Below the pieces are notes generated by a model. That model was not told the DNA's origin, searched no databases, and saw nothing but the letters and a program-made list of their open reading frames with translations. The translations under genes were made by a program, and so were the position numbers. This document shows, in pieces, positions 23,338-33,617 of a stretch of DNA of 64,000 nucleotides (within the stretch, counting starts at the first letter, position 1; each line of letters begins with the position of its first letter). Source of the stretch: a virus; the IMG/VR virus record IMGVR_UViG_3300031576_000004, positions 99,303-163,302 of that record; one strand, given 5' to 3'.

Positions 23338-25260
23338 CTAAATAGGTGAATTCGTCCTACGAGGTGGCTTCTGTTCAGGAAGCGGCCTCATATCAACTGT
23401 GTCTTTTGACATTCTTGTCATAAGTCTCTTAACGAGCGCCGCAACCTGGGGCGTGCTCTGCGCAATCCTAGCTAGAGCCGCTTCCCTTTGATCCGGAGCA
23501 AGACGCATTAGCTGCTGCGCGTATGCCTGAGCGCCCTGGATTGCCTGCTGGTTAGTTTCCTGTCCCTGAGCTTGGGTTGCGGCCTGTGCCTTTGGATCCT
23601 GCTGCGGCTTCTGGGCTGGCTTGCCCTTACCAGGCTTTCCATTCTGCCCGCCATTTGCCTTGGCCTGCTCAGCCTGCATCTGTTCCTGCTTTTGCTGGGC
23701 ATTCATGTTTTCTTCATGAACCTCTGGAGGAGTTGCCGCCTGCTCTGCTTCTGCGGCCTGCATTTGTGCCTGGGCCTGGTACTTCGCAGTGATAAGGGCG
23801 GCCTCTCCCTGGATGTCAGCGATGAGAAGCTGCTTCTTCCGATCGATCTTCTCGCGATCGTCGATCTCTTTCTCCATCTCAGCAATCTCGTGCTCATAAT
23901 CATAACCAAGCTCATTGATAAGCGTCTTGGTTGACATGTCGCCAGAAGCCTTAAGGTTAATGGCGATCTGCTTCTTCTGGATATCCTCGGCCATCTTGAA
24001 GTCCTGAAGGCGAACATTGACCACAGGAAGCCGGAAATACCTGCGTAGATTAGGGACAAGGAAGTCTGATAGGAACTCCTGGATCATCTCCCTATAGCTC
24101 AAGAAGCCGTTCTCAACTACGCGCAAAGACACGCTAGAGCCGCTATAGGACATTCCTCCGTATAGCAACTCCTGCGGGATCCCAAGACCGCCAGCAATCA
24201 TCTGGCCTGATAGTTTGAACTCCTCAACCATCTGCAGCGCCTTGGCGTCTCCACCGATATTCTCGACGCCCATAGGCACTGGGAACACGCTGATATAGTT
24301 CGGGTCCTGACGCCACTTATTGATCTCTTCCTCAACCTTGCCCTTCCATGTCTGCAGGTTGATGTTCACATACGGAGTGACGTCCGCATTCATAGAAGGG
24401 AACACAATCCTGAGAGGCGTGATGTGGTCCATAGCGATGGCCTCTTGGGCCTTGCGTAGGACCTGGTTGTAGAAGAGATCCTTCATGACGGGCATGATCA
24501 AAGGCATGCCCCAGCCCATGTCGTTATCAGCTATCGACGGGCGCTTGAAGTGATATAGGTTGCCCTTATCGATCTCGACATCCCTATTGGAAATGGCCGC
24601 TTCGATGAAGACTTTTGGTGTGGTCTCCATGATGTTCTTCATTCCGGCCAAAACAGAGCGCCGCATCTTAGGTGGTATGCGGTAGGTATAGAACGACTCG
24701 CCAGTGATATCGTTGTAGTCGATGTCTATGTTGAACGGATTCCACCGGACAACGCTGATCTTGGTCCGGTTCTTAACCTTAACGTCATCGATCTCGTGAA
24801 CCGTCCCAGTCTTGCAGTGCGGGCAGATGGCTTCAAACTTGTTGTTCTGCCACTTCCACTTCATCTTGTTCATGAGAGTGGCGGTCTTGCACTGCAGGCA
24901 CTTCAGGTTGCGAACAAACGGGTAGTTAATCGAGATAAGGCAGTTCCCATATACATGGTAGTCCAGCCCAATCTCAATCAATAGCCGCTTAATATGAAGA
25001 GTGTTCTCTAGGAGCTTCTTATAGGTCTGCTTCGCAGGCTCCTCTGCGTCTTCATAGATGAGGCGAGTAATCGGATACTCCGACATCTTATAGATGATCG
25101 GGGAGACGACGGAGTTAGAGTAGTAGAGGTACTTAACCCACTTGAACATCTCTTTGAGAGATGGCGGCACATAAGTTGACGCGATGTCAAAAAAAGGTGA
25201 AGGATAATTCTTGAATCTCCCTAGCCTGTCTCTGCTCGTGTTAAATGTTGAGCCAGCCAT
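23338..25260 (-). CDS. probable portal protein with zinc-ribbon insertion and Q/A-rich tail
   Basis: 640 aa; DY.VYGN, YHFKRP, WGMP, IAGGLGIPQELLYGG portal-like pattern; CLQC..CPHC insertion. Confidence 0.65.
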   Translation of the reverse strand: MAGSTFNTSRDRLGRFKNYPSPFFDIASTYVPPSLKEMFKWVKYLYYSNSVVSPIIYKMSEYPITRLIYEDAEEPAKQTYKKLLENTLHIKRLLIEIGLDYHVYGNCLISINYPFVRNLKCLQCKTATLMNKMKWKWQNNKFEAICPHCKTGTVHEIDDVKVKNRTKISVVRWNPFNIDIDYNDITGESFYTYRIPPKMRRSVLAGMKNIMETTPKVFIEAAISNRDVEIDKGNLYHFKRPSIADNDMGWGMPLIMPVMKDLFYNQVLRKAQEAIAMDHITPLRIVFPSMNADVTPYVNINLQTWKGKVEEEINKWRQDPNYISVFPVPMGVENIGGDAKALQMVEEFKLSGQMIAGGLGIPQELLYGGMSYSGSSVSLRVVENGFLSYREMIQEFLSDFLVPNLRRYFRLPVVNVRLQDFKMAEDIQKKQIAINLKASGDMSTKTLINELGYDYEHEIAEMEKEIDDREKIDRKKQLLIADIQGEAALITAKYQAQAQMQAAEAEQAATPPEVHEENMNAQQKQEQMQAEQAKANGGQNGKPGKGKPAQKPQQDPKAQAATQAQGQETNQQAIQGAQAYAQQLMRLAPDQREAALARIAQSTPQVAALVKRLMTRMSKDTVDMRPLPEQKPPRRTNSPI

Positions 25261-26165
25261 TACGTGATCTCCTTAGCCAGCCGTGCGTCAACGTACAGCT
25301 GAACCGCGTTTAACCTTGCAAAGAGAACGCCTATAGCGTTTTCTTCAAGGGGATCCATAATGAAATTTGGATTCTCGCGATGCATCTGCTCCCATGCTTC
25401 TTTCATCTGTTTGACTTCTTCGGACTCCACTGGCTGAGCAAATGCAAGCTGGCTAGGATAAACTGTAAACCCATTATCAGACATTACAGCACGAACATAA
25501 CTCTTGATCTCGTCCGAGAATGCATTATCTCTTATTCTCTTGGCCATCTCAATACCAAAGGCCAACTGAGCTGGACTTGCTGGCTGGGTCATAGAGAAAT
25601 CTGGGATTTCTCCATTTAAAGCCTGGATACAGTTCTCGAAAACTGGGTATTCCTTCCAGAAGGCGTCAGTTAATAGGAGAGTCTTGATTGCATTAATCGT
25701 GTTCTTTGTTTGTTCGCCTAATGCGCCGCCAAAGTCTTTCTGTATCATTGTCCAGAGCGTCTCAGGCTCCCACTCCAACCAAGCTTTCTTATAGCGCTCG
25801 ATTAGCATGTTCCCAAGGACATCAGGATTCGTGTCTGTCCGAACAAATGGATTCTCCGAGCTCTGCTTTCCCATTAGCGCCAGAGCTATACTTGCCGGCA
25901 TAGACCTTAAAGAGGCTGCTGGTCTTACTGCTGATAAAGGCCTTACGATTGACGTTATCCCAGATGATATTTGCCTGCCACGCATAATGGCATCTTCCCT
26001 TGGGATCACATCCTCAGGAAGCATTTCAACGACCTGCTCTAGCTCTTTCTTCTTAAGTCTGCGCTGCTTTTCGGCTGCAAACTTAGTTGCCGCAGAAAGA
26101 AAGGCTTCCTCTGGCGTTAGTGGCTCGCCACCTGGATGAAGGGGATCTACGTAGATTTCATTCAT
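25260..26165 (-). CDS. putative head-associated protein
   Basis: WLEWEPETLW motif; coupled to the portal gene. Confidence 0.65.
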   Translation of the reverse strand: MNEIYVDPLHPGGEPLTPEEAFLSAATKFAAEKQRRLKKKELEQVVEMLPEDVIPREDAIMRGRQISSGITSIVRPLSAVRPAASLRSMPASIALALMGKQSSENPFVRTDTNPDVLGNMLIERYKKAWLEWEPETLWTMIQKDFGGALGEQTKNTINAIKTLLLTDAFWKEYPVFENCIQALNGEIPDFSMTQPASPAQLAFGIEMAKRIRDNAFSDEIKSYVRAVMSDNGFTVYPSQLAFAQPVESEEVKQMKEAWEQMHRENPNFIMDPLEENAIGVLFARLNAVQLYVDARLAKEIT

Positions 26166-26725
26166 CCGAGCGTCTCCAGGAAGCCAGCCATCATCTCACT
26201 CTTTATAGGACTTATCTTCTTTAGTGTAAGTGGTCTAAGTATAGCAGAAGTGAGAGCCGTTGCGAAATCTTCTCTTGGATCTGTCTTTGAATATTCATAA
26301 ACAAACCCAGGATTCTTGCTGTGTCCCCACTTGCCGCCGGATCGCTCCCACCCAGAAGCGGCAAGCCACCGACGCCAGAACACTGGATTTGAATGCTCAA
26401 CCGTGTGAGCAATCTCGTGTATTACTGACTCAGGAAGCATGTCGCCTTTTGCCCCCTGGTCGTAAATGGTTATCTTGCTCCCAGTGCGCTTTGCGTCACC
26501 AGGCGCTCCTGGCGGGCTCGCTTGCTTGTGTGCCCTAACAAAAGCCTTTAGCTTCGGATTAAACTTAACCAAGCTATCGGGAAGCTTCGAAAGCGTTCTA
26601 TCTAGCTTCTTTAATTCTGCTGGTGCCCAGCTAGCGTCTTCTTTGGCAAGCTGGATATTATGCTTATTCTCAACCTGGCGCTTGAGGGCCTCAGCCGCCA
26701 TTTTCGATGGCCAGACGCATGGCAT
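26162..26725 (-). CDS. zincin-like (HExxH) metallopeptidase
   Basis: IHEIAH plus downstream YSKT.PREDFA. Confidence 0.8.
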   Translation of the reverse strand: MPCVWPSKMAAEALKRQVENKHNIQLAKEDASWAPAELKKLDRTLSKLPDSLVKFNPKLKAFVRAHKQASPPGAPGDAKRTGSKITIYDQGAKGDMLPESVIHEIAHTVEHSNPVFWRRWLAASGWERSGGKWGHSKNPGFVYEYSKTDPREDFATALTSAILRPLTLKKISPIKSEMMAGFLETLG

Positions 26726-26730
26726 CTAGA

Positions 26731-27786
26731 TTAACCATCGATCAGCGATACTAGCAGCCGCTTGTCTGGATATGGCAGACTAGAGAAAACCGCCATGGCA
26801 TCCTTCTCAAAAGCGCTAATAAAGTTGCTATCGAAATGCTTCTGTAGAACGTCCTTGTTAGACGCTAGGGCAGCCAGCTTCTCTAGGGTGATCGCCTTGC
26901 CGTCAAAATTGACGCTGGTTGCGACCTTTATGTGCTGGAAGGTCACACGGTAGGGATCCGTGATTCCGCGGTCCCAGTAGGCATCTAGGCCGTTCATCTT
27001 ATCGAAGCGCTCTAGAGCTTCGGCAAAGGCGATTGGCTTCAGCGAGGCGCGCTTCTCCATAAGCTGGTCAAGAACCCTATGGGAGTCAGCATCTCCAGGC
27101 AGAGCTTCCTTACGCTGAATAGAAGCGACTTTAATAGCGTTAGAATAAACAGTTGGGTTATATGCGTTAAGATTATGCATCTTAGATACGTCGATATCGA
27201 ACGCGTTCGCCTTAACGCAGATAGCAGATGCCATCTTGGCTCTATAAGCTGGCTCGAAATGCTTGTAATACTCCTCGAAATACTCAGCAGCTTTTTCCGT
27301 ATTCTCTGGTGTATCAATAGGATAGCGACGTTCGTCATTCCTTGTAATTAGAGCGAAGTCAGTATCTGGTTGGATGCCAGCGGTCTTACTGAATACCATG
27401 GGAGCCTCAACCTCATTAATTTCGTTGGACTTTATGCTATTCCTGGCGTTATCCATAACGCAGTCCGGAACGATGAGGTTAAACTTCTGTGACGCCTTCT
27501 TTAGGAAAGTCGCTGCAGTCTGCTTATATACATCTGGCAGCTTAGAAGAGGTCTTTTCGAAATACCACATAGATGCAAGAGTGTCCCCCGCTGTGGTGCA
27601 TGGGAATTTACGGACCAGAGCGCCTGTCTTCGTTAGAACAGACAGGGCGAAATCCGTGTCTTTTGCCTTTTCTAGCTCTTCTCTGCTGGAGACCTTGATG
27701 CTGCCGAGTTTCTGGATATGCCCCTTGATTAGCTCGCCAGACAGATCGTCATAAAGGTCGAGTCTCTTGCCGCCGATGGTCCACAT
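26731..27786 (-). CDS. putative head/core protein with two R[KR][FY]P...A..YF repeats
   Basis: Start reassigned to ATG 27786 (RBS GGAGG); internal repeat RKFPCTT..MWYF / RRYPIDT..AEYF. Confidence 0.7.
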   Translation of the reverse strand: MWTIGGKRLDLYDDLSGELIKGHIQKLGSIKVSSREELEKAKDTDFALSVLTKTGALVRKFPCTTAGDTLASMWYFEKTSSKLPDVYKQTAATFLKKASQKFNLIVPDCVMDNARNSIKSNEINEVEAPMVFSKTAGIQPDTDFALITRNDERRYPIDTPENTEKAAEYFEEYYKHFEPAYRAKMASAICVKANAFDIDVSKMHNLNAYNPTVYSNAIKVASIQRKEALPGDADSHRVLDQLMEKRASLKPIAFAEALERFDKMNGLDAYWDRGITDPYRVTFQHIKVATSVNFDGKAITLEKLAALASNKDVLQKHFDSNFISAFEKDAMAVFSSLPYPDKRLLVSLIDG

Positions 27787-27817
27787 ACGAGGATGCCTCC
27801 TGGTGCTAATTCCACTC

Positions 27818-27846
27818 ATTTTAGTCAGGGACACGCTCCAAGTCAA
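27818..27846 (-). promoter_or_regulatory. class A promoter TTGACT-N17-TAAAAT (head operon)
   Basis: Same -35 and spacing at 47608-47636 and 54688-54716. Confidence 0.75.
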
Positions 27847-27887
27847 CGTGTTTTGGGGCTGTTTCAAAATGGCTCATTTACCTTATA

Positions 27888-27904
27888 TTTTGTGGTATAA
27901 GAAT
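27888..27904 (+). promoter_or_regulatory. class B promoter motif TTTT-GT-GGTATAAGAAT
   Basis: Recurrent motif; divergent from the class A promoter. Confidence 0.7.
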
Positions 27905-27951
27905 TTGTGGTCTAGTGATAACTTCTAATCCTTGAAAGGGGGTGAGTTACA

Positions 27952-28407
27952 GTGACGGAAGAAGAAGAAAACGAGGAAGAGCTTGGTCCAGTCGTGGACG
28001 GAGAGGAGCACAAGGAACCGCCGCCACCGCCAAAGAGACGCGGGCGGCCGCCAGGCAAGACAAAAAAGCCCGTAGTAGAACTGGTTGAAAAACCTGACCG
28101 AGCAACAGAAATGCGCGAAGAAACACCGGAACCAGAGCCAGAGCCAGAGCCAGAGGTGGAAGAGAAGCCAGAAGAAGACGGCGATCTTCGCTTTGAAGAT
28201 CAAACTTTTATGGTGCAGGCTCCGCTCGCGGATCCTGAGGCCGGCGAGATGAACAGCGTTATTTTTACATCAAACTACGACGACCTAATTGAAACAATGA
28301 AAAAGGCCAAGGCCATCGATGGGGTTGATGTCAACGCCGTTCGGATCTTCATTATCGGCCCAGAGGTAAAGGTAAACGGCTACAGGCTGAACCTGGAGTT
28401 GCTGTAG
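27952..28407 (+). CDS. acidic protein with AT-hook (KRRGRPP) and (PE)n tract
   Basis: Motifs visible in translation; RBS GGGGGTG. Confidence 0.75.
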   Translation: MTEEEENEEELGPVVDGEEHKEPPPPPKRRGRPPGKTKKPVVELVEKPDRATEMREETPEPEPEPEPEVEEKPEEDGDLRFEDQTFMVQAPLADPEAGEMNSVIFTSNYDDLIETMKKAKAIDGVDVNAVRIFIIGPEVKVNGYRLNLELL

Positions 28408-28413
28408 AAATTA

Positions 28414-28617
28414 ATGGGAAAACTAATCTGTACCAACTGCCACAACTCAGACCGATTCGTAGCACTTATCCGACCATCATCACTTGAGCTTGTAATCAAC
28501 TCAGACGGAGATCCTGTTTCAGTATCCGACCAGGATATTGGAGACGATTACGAGGTCATCAAGGTAGCACGCTGTGAAGTGTGCCGGTCCACAGCCATTG
28601 AAGAATCTCTCTGTTGA
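28414..28617 (+). CDS. small zinc-ribbon protein
   Basis: CTNC...CEVC. Confidence 0.7.
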   Translation: MGKLICTNCHNSDRFVALIRPSSLELVINSDGDPVSVSDQDIGDDYEVIKVARCEVCRSTAIEESLC

Positions 28618-28679
28618 ATCTAATTTACCTATTTACAGTAGAGTTAATAAAGCAGACGCATTCTGATGGAGTCAACTAG

Positions 28680-29897
28680 ATGCCAGATTTCGAAATAGAT
28701 CTTAATAAAGCCGCAACCGCTGTTAAGGATCCGCCGGTTGAGGCTAAAGAGCCTAAGGGGGTTGTCGCGAAGCTTCGTCTGATCGAGGATGAGCTCAAGG
28801 GGTTCTTCATCGAAAGAAACGAAGTTATCCACGGGGCAATTCTTGCACACGTTGCCAAAGAACACATTCTCATGCTCGGCCCTCCAGGCTGCGCAAAATC
28901 CGATATCGCAGAAAGCCTTTCAGCGGCTTTCAACGGGTCGAAACTTTTCTACTACCTGATGACCAGGTTCACAACGCCAGAGGAAATTTTCGGCCAGCTT
29001 TCTGTTAGGGCTTTGGAACAAGATCGCTTTAACAGAGTGACTGTCGGAAGGCTTCCAGAAGCCAGCGACGTCGTTCTCGATGAGATCTTTAAGTCATCCT
29101 CGTCCATCTTGAACTCGCTCCTAATGGCTATCAACGAGCGTAAGTTCTTCAACGACGGAGTCATGACAAAGCTTCCTTTGCACACTGTCACTGGGACCTC
29201 AAACGAGCTTCCTGAATCGAAGGAGCTCGACGCCCTCTACGACAGGTTTATGCTCAGGTATAATGTCGGCTATATCCGCGAGACATCGGGTCTCAAGCGG
29301 TTGCTGATGGCTCCTGACCATAAATTCAAGACAACTGTCGATTACTCCGAAATCACCAAGGCTCACGAAGAAGCCATGCAGATTCCAGTTCCTGAGGAGT
29401 CTGCAGACATGCTCACAAGGATCGCCTTGAACCTGCGCGAAGAAGGCATCTTCGTATCGGACAGGCGCATCCGTAATTGTCAGCACGTCATTAAGGCTGA
29501 GGCCTTCCTTAGCGGAAAGACAAAGGTTGACGAGGAGTCCATCGAGATCATCCAGCATTGCATGTGGAATGATCCGAAGGAAATTTCAAAGACACGAAGC
29601 GTTATCCTTGGTGTGGCGAACCCTCTTGCTCAACAGGCTCTCGAGAAGTACGAGATGGCCCTTGAGATCAAGAATAACGTCTACGCTATCAAGGAAGATG
29701 ACAAGCGCAAGAAAGCAACCCTTGAGGCCAACGGCAAAATCAAAAAGTTACACGTTGACCTTAAAAAGATTGTCGAGGAAATGAAGGCCAAGGGAAAGCC
29801 GGCTGCTCGGTATGAGGAGATGCAAAACAGGATTACTGTAATGCATAGTGAGATGCTTATGGAATGCCTCGGGATCGATCAGAAGACCTTGGCTTAA
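28680..29897 (+). CDS. MoxR/RavA-family AAA+ ATPase
   Basis: Walker A GPPGCAKS, FTTPEEIFG, Walker B LDEIFK, SNELP, ALYDRF, SDRR. Confidence 0.92.
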   Translation: MPDFEIDLNKAATAVKDPPVEAKEPKGVVAKLRLIEDELKGFFIERNEVIHGAILAHVAKEHILMLGPPGCAKSDIAESLSAAFNGSKLFYYLMTRFTTPEEIFGQLSVRALEQDRFNRVTVGRLPEASDVVLDEIFKSSSSILNSLLMAINERKFFNDGVMTKLPLHTVTGTSNELPESKELDALYDRFMLRYNVGYIRETSGLKRLLMAPDHKFKTTVDYSEITKAHEEAMQIPVPEESADMLTRIALNLREEGIFVSDRRIRNCQHVIKAEAFLSGKTKVDEESIEIIQHCMWNDPKEISKTRSVILGVANPLAQQALEKYEMALEIKNNVYAIKEDDKRKKATLEANGKIKKLHVDLKKIVEEMKAKGKPAARYEEMQNRITVMHSEMLMECLGIDQKTLA

Positions 29898-29951
29898 AAC
29901 CCTATAATCCGTGTGCCAGGCAATCCGGCCTGGCACACGAGGAAAAGGACG

Positions 29952-30275
29952 ATGCCTGAAATAATAAAGGTGCACGTAGAACAAAATTCTATAACTGGTT
30001 GGTATGAGGTTCACAGCCATGGAATGGATAAGCTTGGTCAGCCGGAGATCAGAATAGAGACTCCGGCGTTATTTGTTAAGGCAGCAGCCAACCTTTTAAA
30101 AGACATCGCCATACACTTCAAAGACAACCCAGAGAAGAAGCTCAAGCCAGGGGAGTCTATAGCGCTTGAGATCAATAACAATTGCGAGGTTACTGCCAGG
30201 GTTACCGTAGACCCAGAAAACAAAAACAGGCTTCTAATCTATGGGGAGGATGTTGATTGGGTGAAAATGTGTTAG
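29952..30275 (+). CDS. hypothetical protein (HSHGM..LGQPEI motif)
   Basis: RBS AAGGA before ATG 29952. Confidence 0.65.
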   Translation: MPEIIKVHVEQNSITGWYEVHSHGMDKLGQPEIRIETPALFVKAAANLLKDIAIHFKDNPEKKLKPGESIALEINNNCEVTARVTVDPENKNRLLIYGEDVDWVKMC

Positions 30276-31285
30276 CCGACAACTGGAAAGACTGTGTTAT
30301 TGAGGGCGCGAAGGAAACAATACAAGCGGCCAAAGAAGAGTTTGAAAAATGCGACGCAAAGATAAAAGAGACCGTTAAATCTGAACTAGCCGCCAGCAAC
30401 GAAGAGATCAGCGAGATGAGCGAGGAGATAATCCGCGAACACGGCTGGGCCAAAACTGGTCTTGAGAATGCCATTAATAACCACGAAAAGGTGGATCATC
30501 TAATAAAGAAATTCGATGCTGCCGGAAGGCGATTCGAATTCATTGATGAGCCTCATATGGATGGCTTCTATAACGGGTCTTGGGGAAGGCAATACCCAAG
30601 GATCTCGAGGACGCTTTGCGTCTTTGACAAAAAGGGAACGGCTAAGGCATGGTACAAAGTTCATAGCGCACCAACAGACGGCATTGAAAACGGCTGGCAC
30701 TCGATGAATATCATTAAGAGGAGCAGCTCCTATTGGAGAGTGCCGCCTATTATGCGGAAAGCATTTAGTGCCGCCGCGAAATTACACTTAGCAATGCTTC
30801 CATATGAGGTAAGCCTAAAAACTGCTTACGGGATGATCGGAGAGCACATCGGATATAGGGATAGAATCATGCGCTTCAAAAGAGTTACATATGGCGTTGC
30901 GTATGGTTTCAATCCTGCGTCTGGAGATTCCATCGGCATTGCCTATGGCCTGGCCAACCTAAAGAACAACGCGAGCATAGAAATTACAGGACCTGTCTGG
31001 CACATTGATAATAGACTTTGGGTAAATAATCAAAACGTTGCCGATGGTTCTGGAGAGGAAAAGCGGAAGTGTGGCGGGATCATACAGTTCTATTCATTTC
31101 GCGAGGGGTCGTTGACATCGGCGTATCAAAAGCGTCCGCTGGTCTACACAGACATCGCAAAGAATGAATTGACGAGCAAGATGAAGTCTCCGATCCAGGA
31201 GGCTAGCTATGATTGGCTCAGTCTCCCAAAGGATCAAATCAAAAGGAGAATAAGTGCGATTCGAGAAATACGCAGTAAAAAATGA
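30257..31285 (+). CDS. hypothetical protein, N-terminal coiled coil
   Basis: Long ORF in operon; start uncertain. Confidence 0.7.
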   Translation: MGENVLADNWKDCVIEGAKETIQAAKEEFEKCDAKIKETVKSELAASNEEISEMSEEIIREHGWAKTGLENAINNHEKVDHLIKKFDAAGRRFEFIDEPHMDGFYNGSWGRQYPRISRTLCVFDKKGTAKAWYKVHSAPTDGIENGWHSMNIIKRSSSYWRVPPIMRKAFSAAAKLHLAMLPYEVSLKTAYGMIGEHIGYRDRIMRFKRVTYGVAYGFNPASGDSIGIAYGLANLKNNASIEITGPVWHIDNRLWVNNQNVADGSGEEKRKCGGIIQFYSFREGSLTSAYQKRPLVYTDIAKNELTSKMKSPIQEASYDWLSLPKDQIKRRISAIREIRSKK

Positions 31286-32612
31286 CAGCTTCGACCGGAA
31301 AGCCTTTCAGGACATCCGGAAGAACTCTGAGAGTCTAAAGGGTCAATTTGATAGGAATGCAGAGAAGCTTCCAACGTTTGACACGCTCCAACAGGACGTG
31401 TACTCGGCTCTATACAAATATGAGCCAGAATTAGAAAGCGAACGTCGCTTAGATCCTAAGAATAGGGTCCATCTCGATCTAATTAAAAGCATGATGGAGA
31501 TGAAGGAATATAAGGACCTCAGAGGCCAAACGCTACTGGATGAGTTTGCGTCTGCTCTTGCAACCGATGCTATTGCTGAAAAGATCCTGGAATACCTGCC
31601 TCCGAAGGAGGAAGAGGAACAGGAAGGCGATGGCGATGGAGACGGCAAGGGCAAGAAGAAGAGAAAGAAGCCTAACCCAGACGACATAAAGAACGCCATT
31701 AAAAGTGGCCTTAACGACGCAAAATCATCTGTTAACGAAGCGAATGACTGTCTTGCTGGCTGGGGTCTTGAAAAGGGCCAGCTTCACAAGACAGGCTACA
31801 AAGAGAAGGTCCAGCTCGCCCAAAAGATCATGGGCAGCCACAAGCTGAAGGAGCTCGCGAAGATCGCCGGACGGTTCCGCAGGCTAGCCTTGTCTACGCA
31901 AAAGACAAAGGTTACCCGCGGATGCGATGAGATATTCGAGCTCGAGCGCGGAGATAGCCTTGAGCGCGTGCTGCCTCAAGAACTGGCTAACCTGTGCCAC
32001 CCAGTAAGGAAGTTTGATTTCTACAGACGCTTCACTGAGAAAGATCTGATGCAATATCAGGTTAGAGGCAAGATCAAGGAAGCCAAGGGACCAATCATTA
32101 TCGCAATGGACGAATCTGGCTCTATGAGCGGTGAAAGAGAAATCTGGGCAAAGGCTGTCGGACTAGCCCTAATGGAAATCGCCGTATCACAAAAGAGAAC
32201 CTTCGGATGGGTCCATTTCGGATCCTCAGAAGAGATTAAGACCCACGTCTTCAAACACCAAGACGGGCGTCCAGATATCGAACAGATGATTGAGATGGCA
32301 GAGTTCTTCTTTGGTGGAGGAACCGACTTCGAGTCCCCCCTCACAGAGTGCAGGAAAATCATTGATGGCGATCTGCCAAAAGCAGATGTTGTATTCGTCA
32401 CCGACGGCGAATGCGGCGTTAACGATGAGTTCCTTGAGACATTTAAAAAATGGAAGCAAACAAGCGGGGTTAACGTATACGGAGTCCTTATGGGGACCTA
32501 CGGAGACGAACAGCACCCGACAATGGATCAATTCTGCGACACCGTAATAGACGTGGCTGCATTAGAGGATCGCGGGGGCGATCACGCAGTGAACGTCTTC
32601 CAGCAGATCTAA
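31254..32612 (+). CDS. vWA-domain protein (ViaA-like partner of the MoxR ATPase)
   Basis: MIDAS DESGSM, GGGTDF, TDG. Confidence 0.92.
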   Translation: MRFEKYAVKNDSFDRKAFQDIRKNSESLKGQFDRNAEKLPTFDTLQQDVYSALYKYEPELESERRLDPKNRVHLDLIKSMMEMKEYKDLRGQTLLDEFASALATDAIAEKILEYLPPKEEEEQEGDGDGDGKGKKKRKKPNPDDIKNAIKSGLNDAKSSVNEANDCLAGWGLEKGQLHKTGYKEKVQLAQKIMGSHKLKELAKIAGRFRRLALSTQKTKVTRGCDEIFELERGDSLERVLPQELANLCHPVRKFDFYRRFTEKDLMQYQVRGKIKEAKGPIIIAMDESGSMSGEREIWAKAVGLALMEIAVSQKRTFGWVHFGSSEEIKTHVFKHQDGRPDIEQMIEMAEFFFGGGTDFESPLTECRKIIDGDLPKADVVFVTDGECGVNDEFLETFKKWKQTSGVNVYGVLMGTYGDEQHPTMDQFCDTVIDVAALEDRGGDHAVNVFQQI

Positions 32613-32621
32613 GGAGATAAA

Positions 32622-33155
32622 ATGCCCGAAATGAGCGCGGGAGAAAGGTTAAAGACTATAGTGGATAACCTCACGCCATACGAATTCGAGGTCAAGGATA
32701 CTGAGGCGCTTAACATCGCCAATAAGATCAAGGCTCTCGATACCGAGGCGGAAACATTCAAGAAAACACAGATCGACAAGCTTCTAAAACAGCTTGCGGT
32801 CCACAAGGCCGAGTTCGATGTCCTTTCGGCTCAACGAGAAGCGCTTAAATGTAAGCTCTTCTTCCAGATTGAAAACACACAGACAGAAGACTGGAACAAG
32901 ATCGGGGAAGACAACGACAGTCATTTCGAACTAAGAGATGACAAGGTCTTCATCGTTAAGGGAAAGAAGAGCAAAGACGATGACGAAGATGCAGAGTCTT
33001 CCAGTGCCGTTATCCATGGCGTAAAGATCGAGCTCCCAAAGTTCGTTGCTGAGCTGCCATCAAAGATGAAAGAAGCGCTCATTAACGACATTAAGGAGCA
33101 CATCGGCCCAAAGGCCATCGAGGCCATTAAGGCCATGAGAAAGAATGCCGGATAA
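32622..33155 (+). CDS. hypothetical protein
   Basis: RBS AAGGAG. Confidence 0.75.
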   Translation: MPEMSAGERLKTIVDNLTPYEFEVKDTEALNIANKIKALDTEAETFKKTQIDKLLKQLAVHKAEFDVLSAQREALKCKLFFQIENTQTEDWNKIGEDNDSHFELRDDKVFIVKGKKSKDDDEDAESSSAVIHGVKIELPKFVAELPSKMKEALINDIKEHIGPKAIEAIKAMRKNAG

Positions 33156-33609
33156 CCGACATTCAGATCTTATCCGCGCGACGCTCCTCGGTGACGTTAT
33201 TGCGGACGTCAGAAAGAGATTCGAATGGAAAGACCTGACAGGCCAATGGCGTCGTGTGAGCCTAAACATAAGCCACTTCACAGCGAAGTTCATGGCTACA
33301 TGTGAAGCCACAGAGAATGGGATGGAGATACTCAAAGAGTACCCATTCTTCGCTGTGCAGCTTGTAATTGGTATTAAAGTAGACGGAATCGATCTCGAGT
33401 CGCACAGAGCAGAATTCTCCAAAAAGTGCTTCTCGGATCCGATCGTCCATGAAGAGATCGTAGAGGGAACCGGCGGAAGCCTGTTCTCTGTAATAGAGCC
33501 AGTAGTCCTCAATGGCTGGTGCAAGAGCTGCGACCGCCCGTACAAATGGTCTCTTGATTTCTCGGTTATTGTTTGCCCAAAATGCGGGGCTCAACCACCA
33601 ATCCTATAG
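33145..33609 (+). CDS. hypothetical protein with C-terminal zinc ribbon
   Basis: CKSC...CPKC. Confidence 0.7.
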   Translation: MPDNRHSDLIRATLLGDVIADVRKRFEWKDLTGQWRRVSLNISHFTAKFMATCEATENGMEILKEYPFFAVQLVIGIKVDGIDLESHRAEFSKKCFSDPIVHEEIVEGTGGSLFSVIEPVVLNGWCKSCDRPYKWSLDFSVIVCPKCGAQPPIL

Positions 33610-33617
33610 GAGGAGTT

